From the NCBI RefSeq assembly GCF_003814705.1, contig NZ_RKRA01000001.1:3144776-3168775 (forward strand): a stretch of DNA of 24,000 nt. The letters run 5' to 3'. The notes beneath the pieces are model-generated. The model saw only the letters and a list, made by a program, of their open reading frames with translations. It did no database searches and was not told the origin of the DNA. The stretch is from Georgenia muralis. Lineage in GTDB: Bacteria; Actinomycetota; Actinomycetes; Actinomycetales; Actinomycetaceae. The first letter of the stretch is position 1; every line of letters starts with the position of its first letter. Both the position numbers and the translations under genes were made by a program. Positions 14,843 to 23,358 of this stretch are shown here, piece after piece.

Positions 14843-15744
14843 TGGTCGTCGCCGTCGAGCTGGGCCTCCTCTACGCCGTCATGGCGCTGGGGGTCTATCT
14901 CACCTTCCGGATTCTCGACTTCCCCGACCTCACGGTCGACGGGTCGTTCACCACGGGCGGTGCGACGGCGGCCATGCTCATCATCTCCGGCACCCCGCCG
15001 CTGCTCGCGACGGCGGCGGCGGGCGTGACCGGACTGGCCGCCGGGGTCATCACCGGCGTCCTGCACACCAAGGGCAGGATCAACGGCCTCCTCGCCGGCA
15101 TCCTCACCCAGATCGGGCTGTACTCGATCAACCTGCGGATCATGGGCGGCAAGGCCAACTTGCCGCTGCTGCGCGAGGAGACGCTGTTCACCCCGCTGCG
15201 GGACTCGGCCCTGCTCGGCACCGCGGTCGCCGTCGGCATCTTCACCGTCGGCGCCCTTGCCCTCAAGCTCGTGCTCGACTGGTTCCTCCACACCGACACC
15301 GGCCTGGCCATGCAGGCCACGGGCGACAACGAGGAGATGATCCGGTCCTTCGGTGTCTCCACGGACTTCATGAAGGTGCTCGGGCTGGCGCTGTCCAACG
15401 GCCTCGTCGCGGTGTGCGGGGCGCTCATCGCGCAGTACCAGGGCTTCGCCGACGTCGGCATGGGGATCGGCCTGATCGTCGCCGGTCTCGCGTCGGTCAT
15501 CATCGGCCAGGCGATCGTGGGCCAGCGCGTCATCGTCGTCGCCACGCTCGCCGTCGTCGTCGGCTCGGTGCTCTACCGCGTGGTCATCCAGGTGGCCCTC
15601 GGCGCGGGCCTGAACCCCAACGACATGAAGCTCATCTCGGCCGTGCTCGTCGTCCTCGCCCTCGTCCTGCCGCGCTGGTCGGTGCTGCGGCGGTTCAAGC
15701 CGGCCCGGCGGGTGCGGGACGTGACCGCAGGGGCGGAGGCCTGA
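14842..15744 (+). CDS. ABC transporter permease (COG4120 type)
   Basis: 300 aa and highly hydrophobic (about 8 TM). The GTG start overlaps the binding-protein stop (TAGTG). Confidence 0.88.
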   Translation: MVVAVELGLLYAVMALGVYLTFRILDFPDLTVDGSFTTGGATAAMLIISGTPPLLATAAAGVTGLAAGVITGVLHTKGRINGLLAGILTQIGLYSINLRIMGGKANLPLLREETLFTPLRDSALLGTAVAVGIFTVGALALKLVLDWFLHTDTGLAMQATGDNEEMIRSFGVSTDFMKVLGLALSNGLVAVCGALIAQYQGFADVGMGIGLIVAGLASVIIGQAIVGQRVIVVATLAVVVGSVLYRVVIQVALGAGLNPNDMKLISAVLVVLALVLPRWSVLRRFKPARRVRDVTAGAEA

Positions 15745-16535
15745 TGCTCCACGTCGACGGCGTCACCCAGACCTTCTTCCCGGGCAGCGTGAACGAGCGG
15801 GTCGCGCTGCGGGAGGTGGAGCTCCGGCTCTTCGAGGGCGAGTTCGTCACCGTCATCGGGTCCAACGGTGCGGGGAAGTCGACGCTGCTCAACGTCGTCT
15901 CCGGCAAGCTCCGGCCGGAGGCGGGGAGGGTGCGGATCGACGAGCGGGACGTCACCCGGCTCGCCGACTTCCAGCGTGCCCGCTACATCGGCCGGGTCTT
16001 CCAGGACCCGATGGCCGGGACGGCCCCGCACATGACGATCGAGGAGAACCTCGCGATCGCGTTCGAGCGTGGCCGCCGGCGCGGCCTGCGGCGCGGGGTG
16101 ACGGGCGCGAAGCGGGAACGGTTCCGCGAGGACCTCGCCAGCCTCGAGCTCGGTCTGGAGAACCGGCTGCGGGCGAAGGTCGGTCTGCTCTCCGGCGGTC
16201 AGCGCCAGGCCCTCTCGCTGCTCATGGCGACCTTCTCCGAGCCGCGCATCCTGCTGCTGGACGAGCACACGGCAGCTCTCGACCCGCAGCGCGCAGCCCT
16301 GATCTCCCGGCTCACCGCCGAGCTCGTCGAGCGCCACCGGCTGACGACGCTCATGGTCACGCACAACATGGAGCAGGCCCTGAGCATGGGCACGCGGCTC
16401 ATCATGATGCACGAGGGCCGCATCATCCTCGACGTCGACGACGCCCGGAAGTCGCGCATGAGCCCGGCCGACCTGCTGGCCGAGTTCGAGAAGATCAAGG
16501 GCGGCGGTCTCGACGACCGCACCCTCCTGCAGTAG
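15744..16535 (+). CDS. ABC transporter ATP-binding protein (COG1101 type)
   Basis: Walker A GSNGAGKST, signature LSGGQRQAL, Walker B ILLLDEHTAALD and H-loop VTHN. The ATG overlaps the permease stop (TGATG). Confidence 0.92.
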   Translation: MLHVDGVTQTFFPGSVNERVALREVELRLFEGEFVTVIGSNGAGKSTLLNVVSGKLRPEAGRVRIDERDVTRLADFQRARYIGRVFQDPMAGTAPHMTIEENLAIAFERGRRRGLRRGVTGAKRERFREDLASLELGLENRLRAKVGLLSGGQRQALSLLMATFSEPRILLLDEHTAALDPQRAALISRLTAELVERHRLTTLMVTHNMEQALSMGTRLIMMHEGRIILDVDDARKSRMSPADLLAEFEKIKGGGLDDRTLLQ

Positions 16536-16583
16536 CACGGTTCCACGGCGCCCGAGAAGGACCTGGACCGCACGTCGCCCGGC

Positions 16584-16620
16584 GTCCGGTCGGACCCGGG
16601 TCCGAGCCCGGGGGCCGGAC
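16584..16620. terminator. Nested palindromes between convergent genes: GTCCGG ... CCGGAC enclosing the 14-bp perfect palindrome CGGACCCGGGTCCG (16591-16604)
   Basis: Read directly. It lies between the ABC ATPase stop (16535) and the antiporter stop (16627), so it is a candidate bidirectional terminator. Confidence 0.4.
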
Positions 16621-16626
16621 GGGAAC

Positions 16627-18515
16627 CTACCGACCACGGGGCCCACCGGCGGCCCGTCGTGACGCCTCCAGCGCCCGGGCCAGGGACTCTGTGTCGTGGG
16701 GGCCCGTGTGCCGGGCCTCCCCGACGAAGAAGGTGGGCGTGCCGCGCGCCCCGCTGGCCTCCGCGCTCGCCACGTCCGCGCGGACCAGGGCAGCGGTGTC
16801 CTCGTCGTCCAGGTCACGCAGGAAGGCCTCGACGTCCAGGCCGAGGTCCCGGGCATACCCGGCGAGGTCGGCGACGTCGAGCTGGTCCTGGTGCGAGAAC
16901 AGCAGGTCGTGCATCTCCCAGAAGCGGCCCTGCCGCTGCGCGGCGACCGCGGCGCGGGCGGCCCGCTCGGCCCGGGGGTGCACGTCGACGAGCGGAAGGT
17001 GGCGGAAGACGTAGCGGAGGTCGTCGCCCAGGCGCTCCCGGAGCTCGTCGGTCACCCCGGTGGCGCGGGCGCAGAACGGGCACTCGAAGTCGCCGTACTC
17101 GACCAGCGTGAGGGGTGCGTCGACGGGGCCACGGATCTGGTCGCGGGCCGGGTCCACCGGCCGGTCGAGGAACCGGGGGAGGTCCGCGTCGGTCTGGCCG
17201 CGGAAGACGGCGGCGGCACGGAAGACCGCCCAGCCGAGCGCGGTCCCGACCACGGCGGCGATGAGGACGCCGACCGTGGCCTGGTCACGCAGCGCCGGGT
17301 CGTCGAAGGCGAGACCGGCGATGAGGAGGGCGACGGTGAAGCCGATCCCCGACAGCGCCGCGCCGCCGAGGACGTGCCCGAACCCGACCCCGGCGGGCAG
17401 CCGGCCCAGACCGGCTCGCACCGCAGCCCGCGTCGTCAGGCCCACACCGAGAAGCTTGCCGACGACGAGCGCGACCACCACCGCCCACGTGAGGCGGGAC
17501 GAGAGCGCCTCGACGAGCACGCCGTCGCGCAGGTCGACCCCGGCGTTGGCCAGGGCGAACAGGGGCACCACGACGTAGCCGGCCCAGGGGTGCAGGGTGG
17601 TCTGGAGCCGCTCGTTGACCGACACGGCGCGGACCAGGCCCAGGCGCGCGGACCGGCCGACCACGACGTCGGGAGACTGGCGGAACGGCGGAACCGCACC
17701 GCCGCTCCCTCGACCAGGTCGCGTGCGGGCGGGTGGGCCGCCACCAGCAGGCCGCCGAGCATGCCGGCGATCGAGGCGTGGAGACCCGCCTGGACGGCGG
17801 CCACCCACAGCGCGAGGCCGACCGCGGCGTACGGTGCCGCCCGCCACACGCCGAGCCGGCTGAACACCGCCAGCAGCGTCCCCAGGGCCGCCATGGCGAC
17901 GAGTGCGGCCACGTCGAGGGACTCGGTGTAGAACACGCCGATGACGCTGACGGCGACGATGTCGTCGATGACCGTCAGGGTGAGGAGGAAGACCCGCAGC
18001 TGGGTGGCGAACGTGGGGCCCACCACGGCCAGGGCGCCGAGCATGAAGGCCGTGTCGGTCCCGATCACCACGCCCCACCCGCGGGCCGCGTCACCACCCG
18101 GTGCCAGCGCGAGGAAGAGCAGCGCCGGGACGGCCAGGCCGCCCAGGGCGGCGGCCACCGGGACGGCGGTGCGCCGGAGGTCGGTGAGCTCACCGACCGA
18201 GAGCTCGCGCCGGACCTCCAGGCCGATGACGAAGAAGAACAGCGCCATGAGGCCGTCGTTGACCCAGTGGCCCAGATCCGTCGACAGCTCCCAGCCGGCC
18301 ACCGAGACGCCCGCCTCGACCGCCCAGAACGAGAGGTAGGCGTCGGACCACGGCGAGTTCGCCCAGGCCAGGGCGACCACGGTGGCCGCCAGCAGCAGCC
18401 CTGCGCTCCCGGCCTCCGTGCTGAGGAACCGCCGGGCTGGTGCCGACAGCTGGGCGAGGAGGGCGCGCCGACCCGCCCGGGTCTGCACCCGTGCCGGTGG
18501 TGGATCGGCAGGCAT
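16627..18515 (-). pseudogene. nhaA: Na+/H+ antiporter NhaA fused to a C-terminal DsbA-like thioredoxin domain, frameshifted by an 8-bp tandem duplication
   Basis: The N-terminal NhaA part (…[21 protein letters not shown]…[11 protein letters not shown]…) is in ORF 17436..18515. The rest of NhaA ([11 protein letters not shown]…[15 protein letters not shown]) plus the DsbA domain ([16 protein letters not shown]) is in ORF 16627..18078. The frames join at the duplicated ggcggaac/ggcggaac. 1889 nt minus 8 gives 627 codons. Confidence 0.88.
17679..17694. repeat. Perfect 8-bp tandem duplication GGCGGAAC GGCGGAAC (minus strand GTTCCGCC x2)
   Basis: Read directly. Removing one copy gives ...[17 protein letters not shown]... 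and restores a single 626-aa reading frame. Confidence 0.9.
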
Positions 18516-18542
18516 GGCGGTGGTGGTGGCCGGACGGGGCGG

Positions 18543-18884
18543 TCAGTTGCCTGCCGCGCGGTACCTCTCGACCACGTCGGCGCTGATGCGTCCGCGTGGG
18601 CTGACGGTGATGCCCTGGCCCACCGCCCACGCGCGGACGGCGGCGGGGTCGAACCCCCGCTTCGTGGTGCTCGACGCCGACGTCCGGCGGTGCTGGGAGC
18701 CCACCTTCCGGGCGGCCGCGAGGTAGGGCGCGAGCGCCTTCTCGAAGGCGGCGACCTCGTCGCTGGTCAGGTCGACCCGGTAGAGCACGCCCTCGTAGGA
18801 GAAGTCGACCGACCGGCCCCTGCCGCGCTCGACGGGCCGGCCGGAGAGGTCGGAGACCAGCTCGGTGATCGTCTTCGTCGCCAT
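18543..18884 (-). CDS. lsr2: Lsr2-family nucleoid-associated protein
   Basis: MATKTITELVSDLSG...VDFSYEGVLYRVDLTSDE matches the Lsr2 dimerisation domain. This is followed by a basic linker and the C-terminal DNA-binding motif VRAWA.GQG..VS.RGRI.ADVVE.Y. ATG 18884 is preferred. A TTG at 18893 overlaps the upstream gene's stop (TTGA). Confidence 0.85.
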   Translation of the reverse strand: MATKTITELVSDLSGRPVERGRGRSVDFSYEGVLYRVDLTSDEVAAFEKALAPYLAAARKVGSQHRRTSASSTTKRGFDPAAVRAWAVGQGITVSPRGRISADVVERYRAAGN

Positions 18885-18889
18885 GGTCG

Positions 18890-19411
18890 TCAACCTAGCC
18901 TGCTCGGTGGCCCGTCGAGGCCGGAGAGGGCGCTTGCGTCACCGAGCTTGTCGGCCGGGATGACGCTGAGGGTGCCGTCGCTCTCGAGGACGATCGCGGC
19001 CACGTCGGCCATCGAGCCGAGGCCGGTGCTCCGCACGGCCTGACGCAGCTCCTCGACGGTGAGGCGCTGCTCGCGCACCGCCGGCAGCGGCTCGCCGTCG
19101 CGCAGCACCAGGGTGGGCCCCGACGTCACGGCGGAGCGCAGGTGCGGGCGCCGGGACGACGTCCACGTCACGGCCAGCTGCAGGACCGCGAGGACGCCGA
19201 GTGCCAGCGCGCCCTCGCTCCACGAGATGTCTGAGCTGAGCAGGATGGTGGCCAGGGTCGACCCGAGCGCCACGGTGACGACGAGGTCGAAGGCGTTGAG
19301 CTTGGCCAGCGCTCGTTTCCCGGCGACGCGGAGCACGACGACGACCGTGACGTAGGCGGCCGTGCCGACGACGGCGATGCGGAGGAGGTCGGACCACGAG
19401 TCGAACCACAT
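18890..19411 (-). CDS. DUF421 (YetF-like) membrane protein
   Basis: MWFDSWSDLLRIAVVGTAAYVTVVVVLRVAGKRALAKLNAFDLVVTVALGS... is the typical DUF421 N-terminus, followed by a C-terminal soluble domain. ATG 19411 has GGGAGG 7 nt upstream; the track ORF starts at 19468. Confidence 0.8.
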   Translation of the reverse strand: MWFDSWSDLLRIAVVGTAAYVTVVVVLRVAGKRALAKLNAFDLVVTVALGSTLATILLSSDISWSEGALALGVLAVLQLAVTWTSSRRPHLRSAVTSGPTLVLRDGEPLPAVREQRLTVEELRQAVRSTGLGSMADVAAIVLESDGTLSVIPADKLGDASALSGLDGPPSRLG

Positions 19412-19556
19412 GCGGCCAGCCTCCCAGGGTCGCGAGCGACGTGCGGTCACCTCCGGGCCCTGTGTCACGGGAACGCCCCGATGTGAGCGCTAACCTGGCT
19501 CCGGACCCGGACAGGACGACGCCCGCGACGACGCCGGGCGAGAACGGAGCACTGCG

Positions 19557-21176
19557 ATGGAGCACCAGGACGAGGCACAGATCCGTGCCGCGCTGACCGA
19601 GGGACGCACGGCGCTGGGGATCGAGCTGGGCTCGACGAACATCAAGGCGTCGCTGATCGGGCCCGACCAGGCCCCGCTCGCCAGCGGGAGCCACGCGTGG
19701 GAGAACGAGTTCGTCGACCGGGTGTGGACGTACTCCCTCGACGCGGTGTGGGCCGGGGTGCAGGCGGCCGTGGCGGCGGTGCTCGCCGACGCCGAGCAGC
19801 GCCACGGCGTCCGCCCCGCCACGGTGGGGGCGGTCGGCGTCTCGGCGATGATGCACGGCTACCTCGCGCTCGACGAGGGCGGTGAGCTCCTCGTGCCCTT
19901 CCGCACGTGGCGCAACACGAGCACCGGGGCCGCGGCCGCCGAGCTCACGGACGCGCTGGCCTTCAACGTGCCCCTGCGCTGGTCCGTCGCCCACCTGTAC
20001 CAGGCCGTTCTCGACGACGAGCCGCACGTGCCGCAGATCCGGTTTCTCACCACGCTCGCCGGCTACGTGCACTGGCGGCTGACGGGCGAGAAGGTGCTGG
20101 GCGTGGGTGACGCGTCGGGCATGTTCCCGATCGACCCCGCCACCGGTGACTACGACGCCGGGATGCTCGCCACGGTGGACGGGCTCCTCTCCTCGCACGG
20201 CGCGGACGTCCGTCTCGTCGACGTGCTGCCGCGGGTCCTGCCCGCGGGTGGCGACGCCGGCACCCTGAGCGAGGAGGGGGCCGCACTCCTCGACCCCAGC
20301 GGCACCCTGCGCGCCGGGGTGCCGCTCTGCCCGCCCGAGGGCGACGCGGGCACCGGGATGGTGGCGACCAACGCGGTGGCCCCGCGCACCGGCAACGTCA
20401 GCGCGGGCACGAGCATCTTCGCGATGGTCGTGCTGGAGAGGGCGCTGGAGCGCGTGCACCACGAGATCGACGTCGTCACCACGCCGGCGGGCGACCCGGT
20501 GGCGATGGTCCACTGCAACAACGGGGCGAGCGAGCTCGGCGCCTGGGCCGGGCTGCTCGGCGAGCTGGCCGCGGCGCTGGGCCACCCCGCCGAGCCGGCC
20601 GAGGTGTTCGGCGCCCTGCTGCGCAGCGCCCTGGAGGGTGAGGCGGACGGCGGTGGCCTGCTCGCCTACAACTACCTCTCGGGCGAGCCCATCACGGGGC
20701 TCGAGGAGGGGCGGCCGCTCTTCGTCCGCACCCCGGGCTCGCGCCTCACGCTCGCCAACTTCGCGCGGACCCAGGTCCTCGGCGTCTTCGCCACCCTCAG
20801 CCTGGGGATGCGGGTGCTGGAGGAGGAGGGGGTGGCCGTCGACTCGATGTTCGCGCACGGCGGCCTGTTCCGGACCGCGGGGGTGGCGCAGCGCCTGCTC
20901 GCAGCGGCGACGGGTGCGCCGGTCGCCGTCGGCACCACGGCGGGCGAGGGCGGCGCGTGGGGGATCGCCGTGCTCGCCGCCTATCGCCGGGCGGTCGCCA
21001 ACGGCAGCGCGGGGGATCGGGACCTGGCGACGTGGCTGGCGGAGGAGGTCTTCGCGGACGTCACGCTCGACGTCGTCGAGCCGGACGCCGACGACGTGAC
21101 CGGGTACGCCGCGTACCTCGAGCGCTACACCGCCGGCCTGGCCATCGAGCGGGCCGCCGTCGAGGCGGTCCACTGA
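19557..21176 (+). CDS. FGGY-family carbohydrate kinase (xylulokinase-like; substrate not assignable)
   Basis: 539 aa with the N-terminal actin-fold phosphate motif [12 protein letters not shown]. Also present are ...FRTWRNT..., [13 protein letters not shown], and the C-terminal HGGLF...[10 protein letters not shown] typical of FGGY kinases. Confidence 0.85.
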   Translation: MEHQDEAQIRAALTEGRTALGIELGSTNIKASLIGPDQAPLASGSHAWENEFVDRVWTYSLDAVWAGVQAAVAAVLADAEQRHGVRPATVGAVGVSAMMHGYLALDEGGELLVPFRTWRNTSTGAAAAELTDALAFNVPLRWSVAHLYQAVLDDEPHVPQIRFLTTLAGYVHWRLTGEKVLGVGDASGMFPIDPATGDYDAGMLATVDGLLSSHGADVRLVDVLPRVLPAGGDAGTLSEEGAALLDPSGTLRAGVPLCPPEGDAGTGMVATNAVAPRTGNVSAGTSIFAMVVLERALERVHHEIDVVTTPAGDPVAMVHCNNGASELGAWAGLLGELAAALGHPAEPAEVFGALLRSALEGEADGGGLLAYNYLSGEPITGLEEGRPLFVRTPGSRLTLANFARTQVLGVFATLSLGMRVLEEEGVAVDSMFAHGGLFRTAGVAQRLLAAATGAPVAVGTTAGEGGAWGIAVLAAYRRAVANGSAGDRDLATWLAEEVFADVTLDVVEPDADDVTGYAAYLERYTAGLAIERAAVEAVH

Positions 21177-21179
21177 CCG

Positions 21180-21959
21180 TCACACGAGGAGCGACTGCCC
21201 GCCGTCGATCCACACCTCGGTGCCCGTGATGTGGGCGGATGCGTCGGAGGCGAGGAACAGGACGAGGTCGGCCACCTGCTGCGCGCTGCCGGGCCGGCCG
21301 TGGGTGAGCGGGATCTGACCCTCCGGGTACTCCACCGGGACCTGGACGTCATCGAGGTCGCGCTGCTCGGTGTTGTCGTCGATCTCGGTCTCGATGGCGC
21401 CCGGGCAGATGACGTTGACGCGCACCCGGTCCTGGGCGAGCTCGACGGCCACCATCTTGGCGAAGGCCACCTGGCCCGCCTTGCTGCTGCTGTACGCCGA
21501 GGCGCCGGTGTTGCTGAACGTCCGCGTGCCGTTGATCGAGGACGTGATGACCACCGAGCCCCCCTGCCGCCGGAGCAGCGGGGCGGCGTACTTGACCGTG
21601 ATGAACGTGCCGGTGAGGTTGGTGTCGATGGTGGTGCGCCACTCGTCGACCGTCAGCTCCTCGAGCGGCGCCCACACGCCGTTGATCCCGGCGTTGGCGA
21701 GCACGACGTCCAGCCGTCCGAACCGCTCGTCGACCTGGTCGACGATGCCGGCCATGCCCGCCTCGTCGGCGACGTCCCCGCCCACCGCCATGCCGGTGCC
21801 GCCGGCGCGCTCGATCTCGGCGAGGACGTCGTCGGCGTGCTCCTTCCGGTGGCCGAGGACCACGACCGCTGCCCCGGCGCCGGCCAGCGCGAGGGCCGAC
21901 GCCCTGCCGATCCCCGAGCCGGCCCCGGTCACCAGCGCCACCTTGCCGTCGAGTCGCAT
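21180..21959 (-). CDS. Short-chain dehydrogenase/reductase (classical SDR)
   Basis: TGAGSGIGRA cofactor motif, NAG, and the catalytic S...YSSSK. AGGAGG lies 6 nt upstream of ATG 21959. Only the last 259 codons of the 688-aa track ORF are genic. Confidence 0.9.
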   Translation of the reverse strand: MRLDGKVALVTGAGSGIGRASALALAGAGAAVVVLGHRKEHADDVLAEIERAGGTGMAVGGDVADEAGMAGIVDQVDERFGRLDVVLANAGINGVWAPLEELTVDEWRTTIDTNLTGTFITVKYAAPLLRRQGGSVVITSSINGTRTFSNTGASAYSSSKAGQVAFAKMVAVELAQDRVRVNVICPGAIETEIDDNTEQRDLDDVQVPVEYPEGQIPLTHGRPGSAQQVADLVLFLASDASAHITGTEVWIDGGQSLLV

Positions 21960-22027
21960 GCGTGCCTCCTGATCGTCCGAGGCACCAGGGTGGGGGGCGT
22001 CGTGCGGGTCGGCAAGCGGGAACCAGG

Positions 22028-22504
22028 TCACGACGCCGGCTGGAGCTCGCCGTCGCTCTCCGCCGTGCGGTCCCAGTCGCGGGGGGTGAGGTCGGGACGG
22101 CGGTTCTCGTAGTCGCTGCCCAGGAGCGGGGAGGAGATGAGCATGTCCGCCGTCGCGACGTTGCACGCCATCGGGACGTTCCACACGGCCCCGATCCGCA
22201 GGAGCGCCTTGACGTCGGGGTCGTGCGGCTGCGCCTCCAGCGGGTCCCAGAAGAAGACCAGCATGGTGATGCTGCCCTCGGCGATCCTGGCGCCGATCTG
22301 CTGGTCGCCGCCGACGGGGCCCGAGAGGAAGCGGTGGACGGGCAGGCCGAGCTCGAACTCGAGCATCGTCCCGGTCGTGCCGGTGGCGTAGAGCTGGTGC
22401 TGGGCGAGGGTGCCGCGGTTGTACTCCGCCCAGCGCAGCAGCTCCACCTTCATGTTGTCGTGGGCGACGAGGGCGATGTGTCGGGGCTTGATGTTCGGGC
22501 TCAT
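22028..22504 (-). CDS. mgsA: Methylglyoxal synthase with a 30-aa C-terminal extension
   Basis: [47 protein letters not shown] and VWN.P.A.N are the MgsA signatures. ATG 22504 has GGAGGA upstream. Confidence 0.9.
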   Translation of the reverse strand: MSPNIKPRHIALVAHDNMKVELLRWAEYNRGTLAQHQLYATGTTGTMLEFELGLPVHRFLSGPVGGDQQIGARIAEGSITMLVFFWDPLEAQPHDPDVKALLRIGAVWNVPMACNVATADMLISSPLLGSDYENRRPDLTPRDWDRTAESDGELQPAS

Positions 22505-22800
22505 GGCGAGCTCCTCCGGTCGAGCAGTGGTGCAGGACCGCCGCCGCGCCGTTGCACGCGCCGTGGCACCAACACTGGCGCATGCCGGGCGGACTGTCAC
22601 GAGTCGTGGCGCTCTCGTGCCCGGCGAACCATCCTCGTCCGTCGCTGACCTGCACAGACGCCGCCGGAAGTGACCGAGGGCACGGTACGCCGGGGTGCGT
22701 CGTCGACGCCGACGTCCTGGTCCTGCACGTCACCCAGGGACCGCGAATGCCGGACCACCGCACCCTGGCGGTATCGGGCCTGTCCGACATGTGAGAACCG

Positions 22801-22829
22801 TTGACACCATGCGGACCGTCCCGCAAACT
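22801..22829 (+). promoter_or_regulatory. Candidate promoter TTGACA-N17-CAAACT, with the predicted TSS on the A of ATG 22836
   Basis: Perfect -35 hexamer at 22801-22806, a 17-nt spacer, and a -10 at 22824-22829 with A2 and T6. The ATG begins exactly 7 nt after the -10. The promoter is bracketed by the inverted 8-mers GACATGTG (22786-22793) and CACATGTC (22833-22840). Confidence 0.45.
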
Positions 22830-22835
22830 CGACAC

Positions 22836-22925
22836 ATGTCCACGGCCCGGTCTCTGAACTCGCTCTCCGCGAGCTCCGTCGACGTCTCGTCGATGTGCCG
22901 TTGCCTGTGTCGAATGTGCCGCTGA
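22836..22925 (+). CDS. Candidate leaderless sORF, 29 codons: MSTARSLNSLSASSVDVSSMCRCLCRMCR
   Basis: The start codon coincides with the predicted TSS. 24 of 28 sense codons after the ATG end in G/C. All four exceptions are rare codons: TCT at codon 6, then CGT, TGT and CGA clustered in the Cys tail. ATGTGCCG is repeated at 22893 and 22914. The call rests on no homology, only on geometry and composition. Confidence 0.35.
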   Translation: MSTARSLNSLSASSVDVSSMCRCLCRMCR

Positions 22926-23094
22926 CCTCTCGCGTCCGGTCCCCTCAGCTCTGAGGAGCCCCAGGCATGACGCCTGGACCGCGTGGACCCTCCCGCTGCA
23001 TCGCGGCGCACCCCGACACCGCAGGACCTGGCAGGAACCAGGGCGCCCGGCGTCGGCCCGGACCAGTGCATCACCGAACGCCGAAGGAATCGAC

Positions 23095-23358
23095 GTGTCG
23101 AACCCCAGCCGTACCGACGTCCTGCCCATCCAGGAAGTGGTCGCCAAGGCCTCCCCGAGCGCGTGGCTCGACGGCCTCGTCCTCTCCAGCCGTCCCGCTG
23201 AGCTCACCGTCGTCCTGCTGGACGGCGGCGTGCGGACGCTGACCACCGGGGCCGGCGCGCCCGTGGGCGAGCCCGTCGCCGTGCACCCCGTCGCCGAGCT
23301 CGTCGCGGTCGGTGGGGTGTGGTTCTCGGCGCGAGCCGAGGTGGCCGTCGAGGCCTAG
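23095..23358 (+). CDS. Hypothetical 87-aa protein
   Basis: GTG start with GAAGGA 6 nt upstream and very high GC3 throughout. I recognise no family. The stop TAG (23356-23358) shares the tetranucleotide CTAG with the stop of the convergent gene. Confidence 0.6.
   Translation: MSNPSRTDVLPIQEVVAKASPSAWLDGLVLSSRPAELTVVLLDGGVRTLTTGAGAPVGEPVAVHPVAELVAVGGVWFSARAEVAVEA

Noticed and set aside
18939-21173. 744-aa minus-strand ORF antisense to the FGGY kinase, with similar antisense ORFs at 10496..11755, 12237..13646 and 15573..16856
   Set aside because: The opposite-strand genes have unambiguous family signatures. The antisense translations are R/G/P/H-rich with no motifs. They are GC-driven artefacts.
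22836-22925. The Ser/Cys-rich sORF as a lanthipeptide or other RiPP precursor
   Set aside because: At 29 aa it is too short for a leader plus a core. No LanB/C/M/KC, radical-SAM, YcaO or export/protease genes lie within the visible flanks.
21960-23246. N-terminal 430 aa of the 688-aa minus-strand ORF ending in the SDR
   Set aside because: The SDR has its own AGGAGG plus ATG at 21959. The upstream extension reads through mgsA out of frame and through intergenic DNA.
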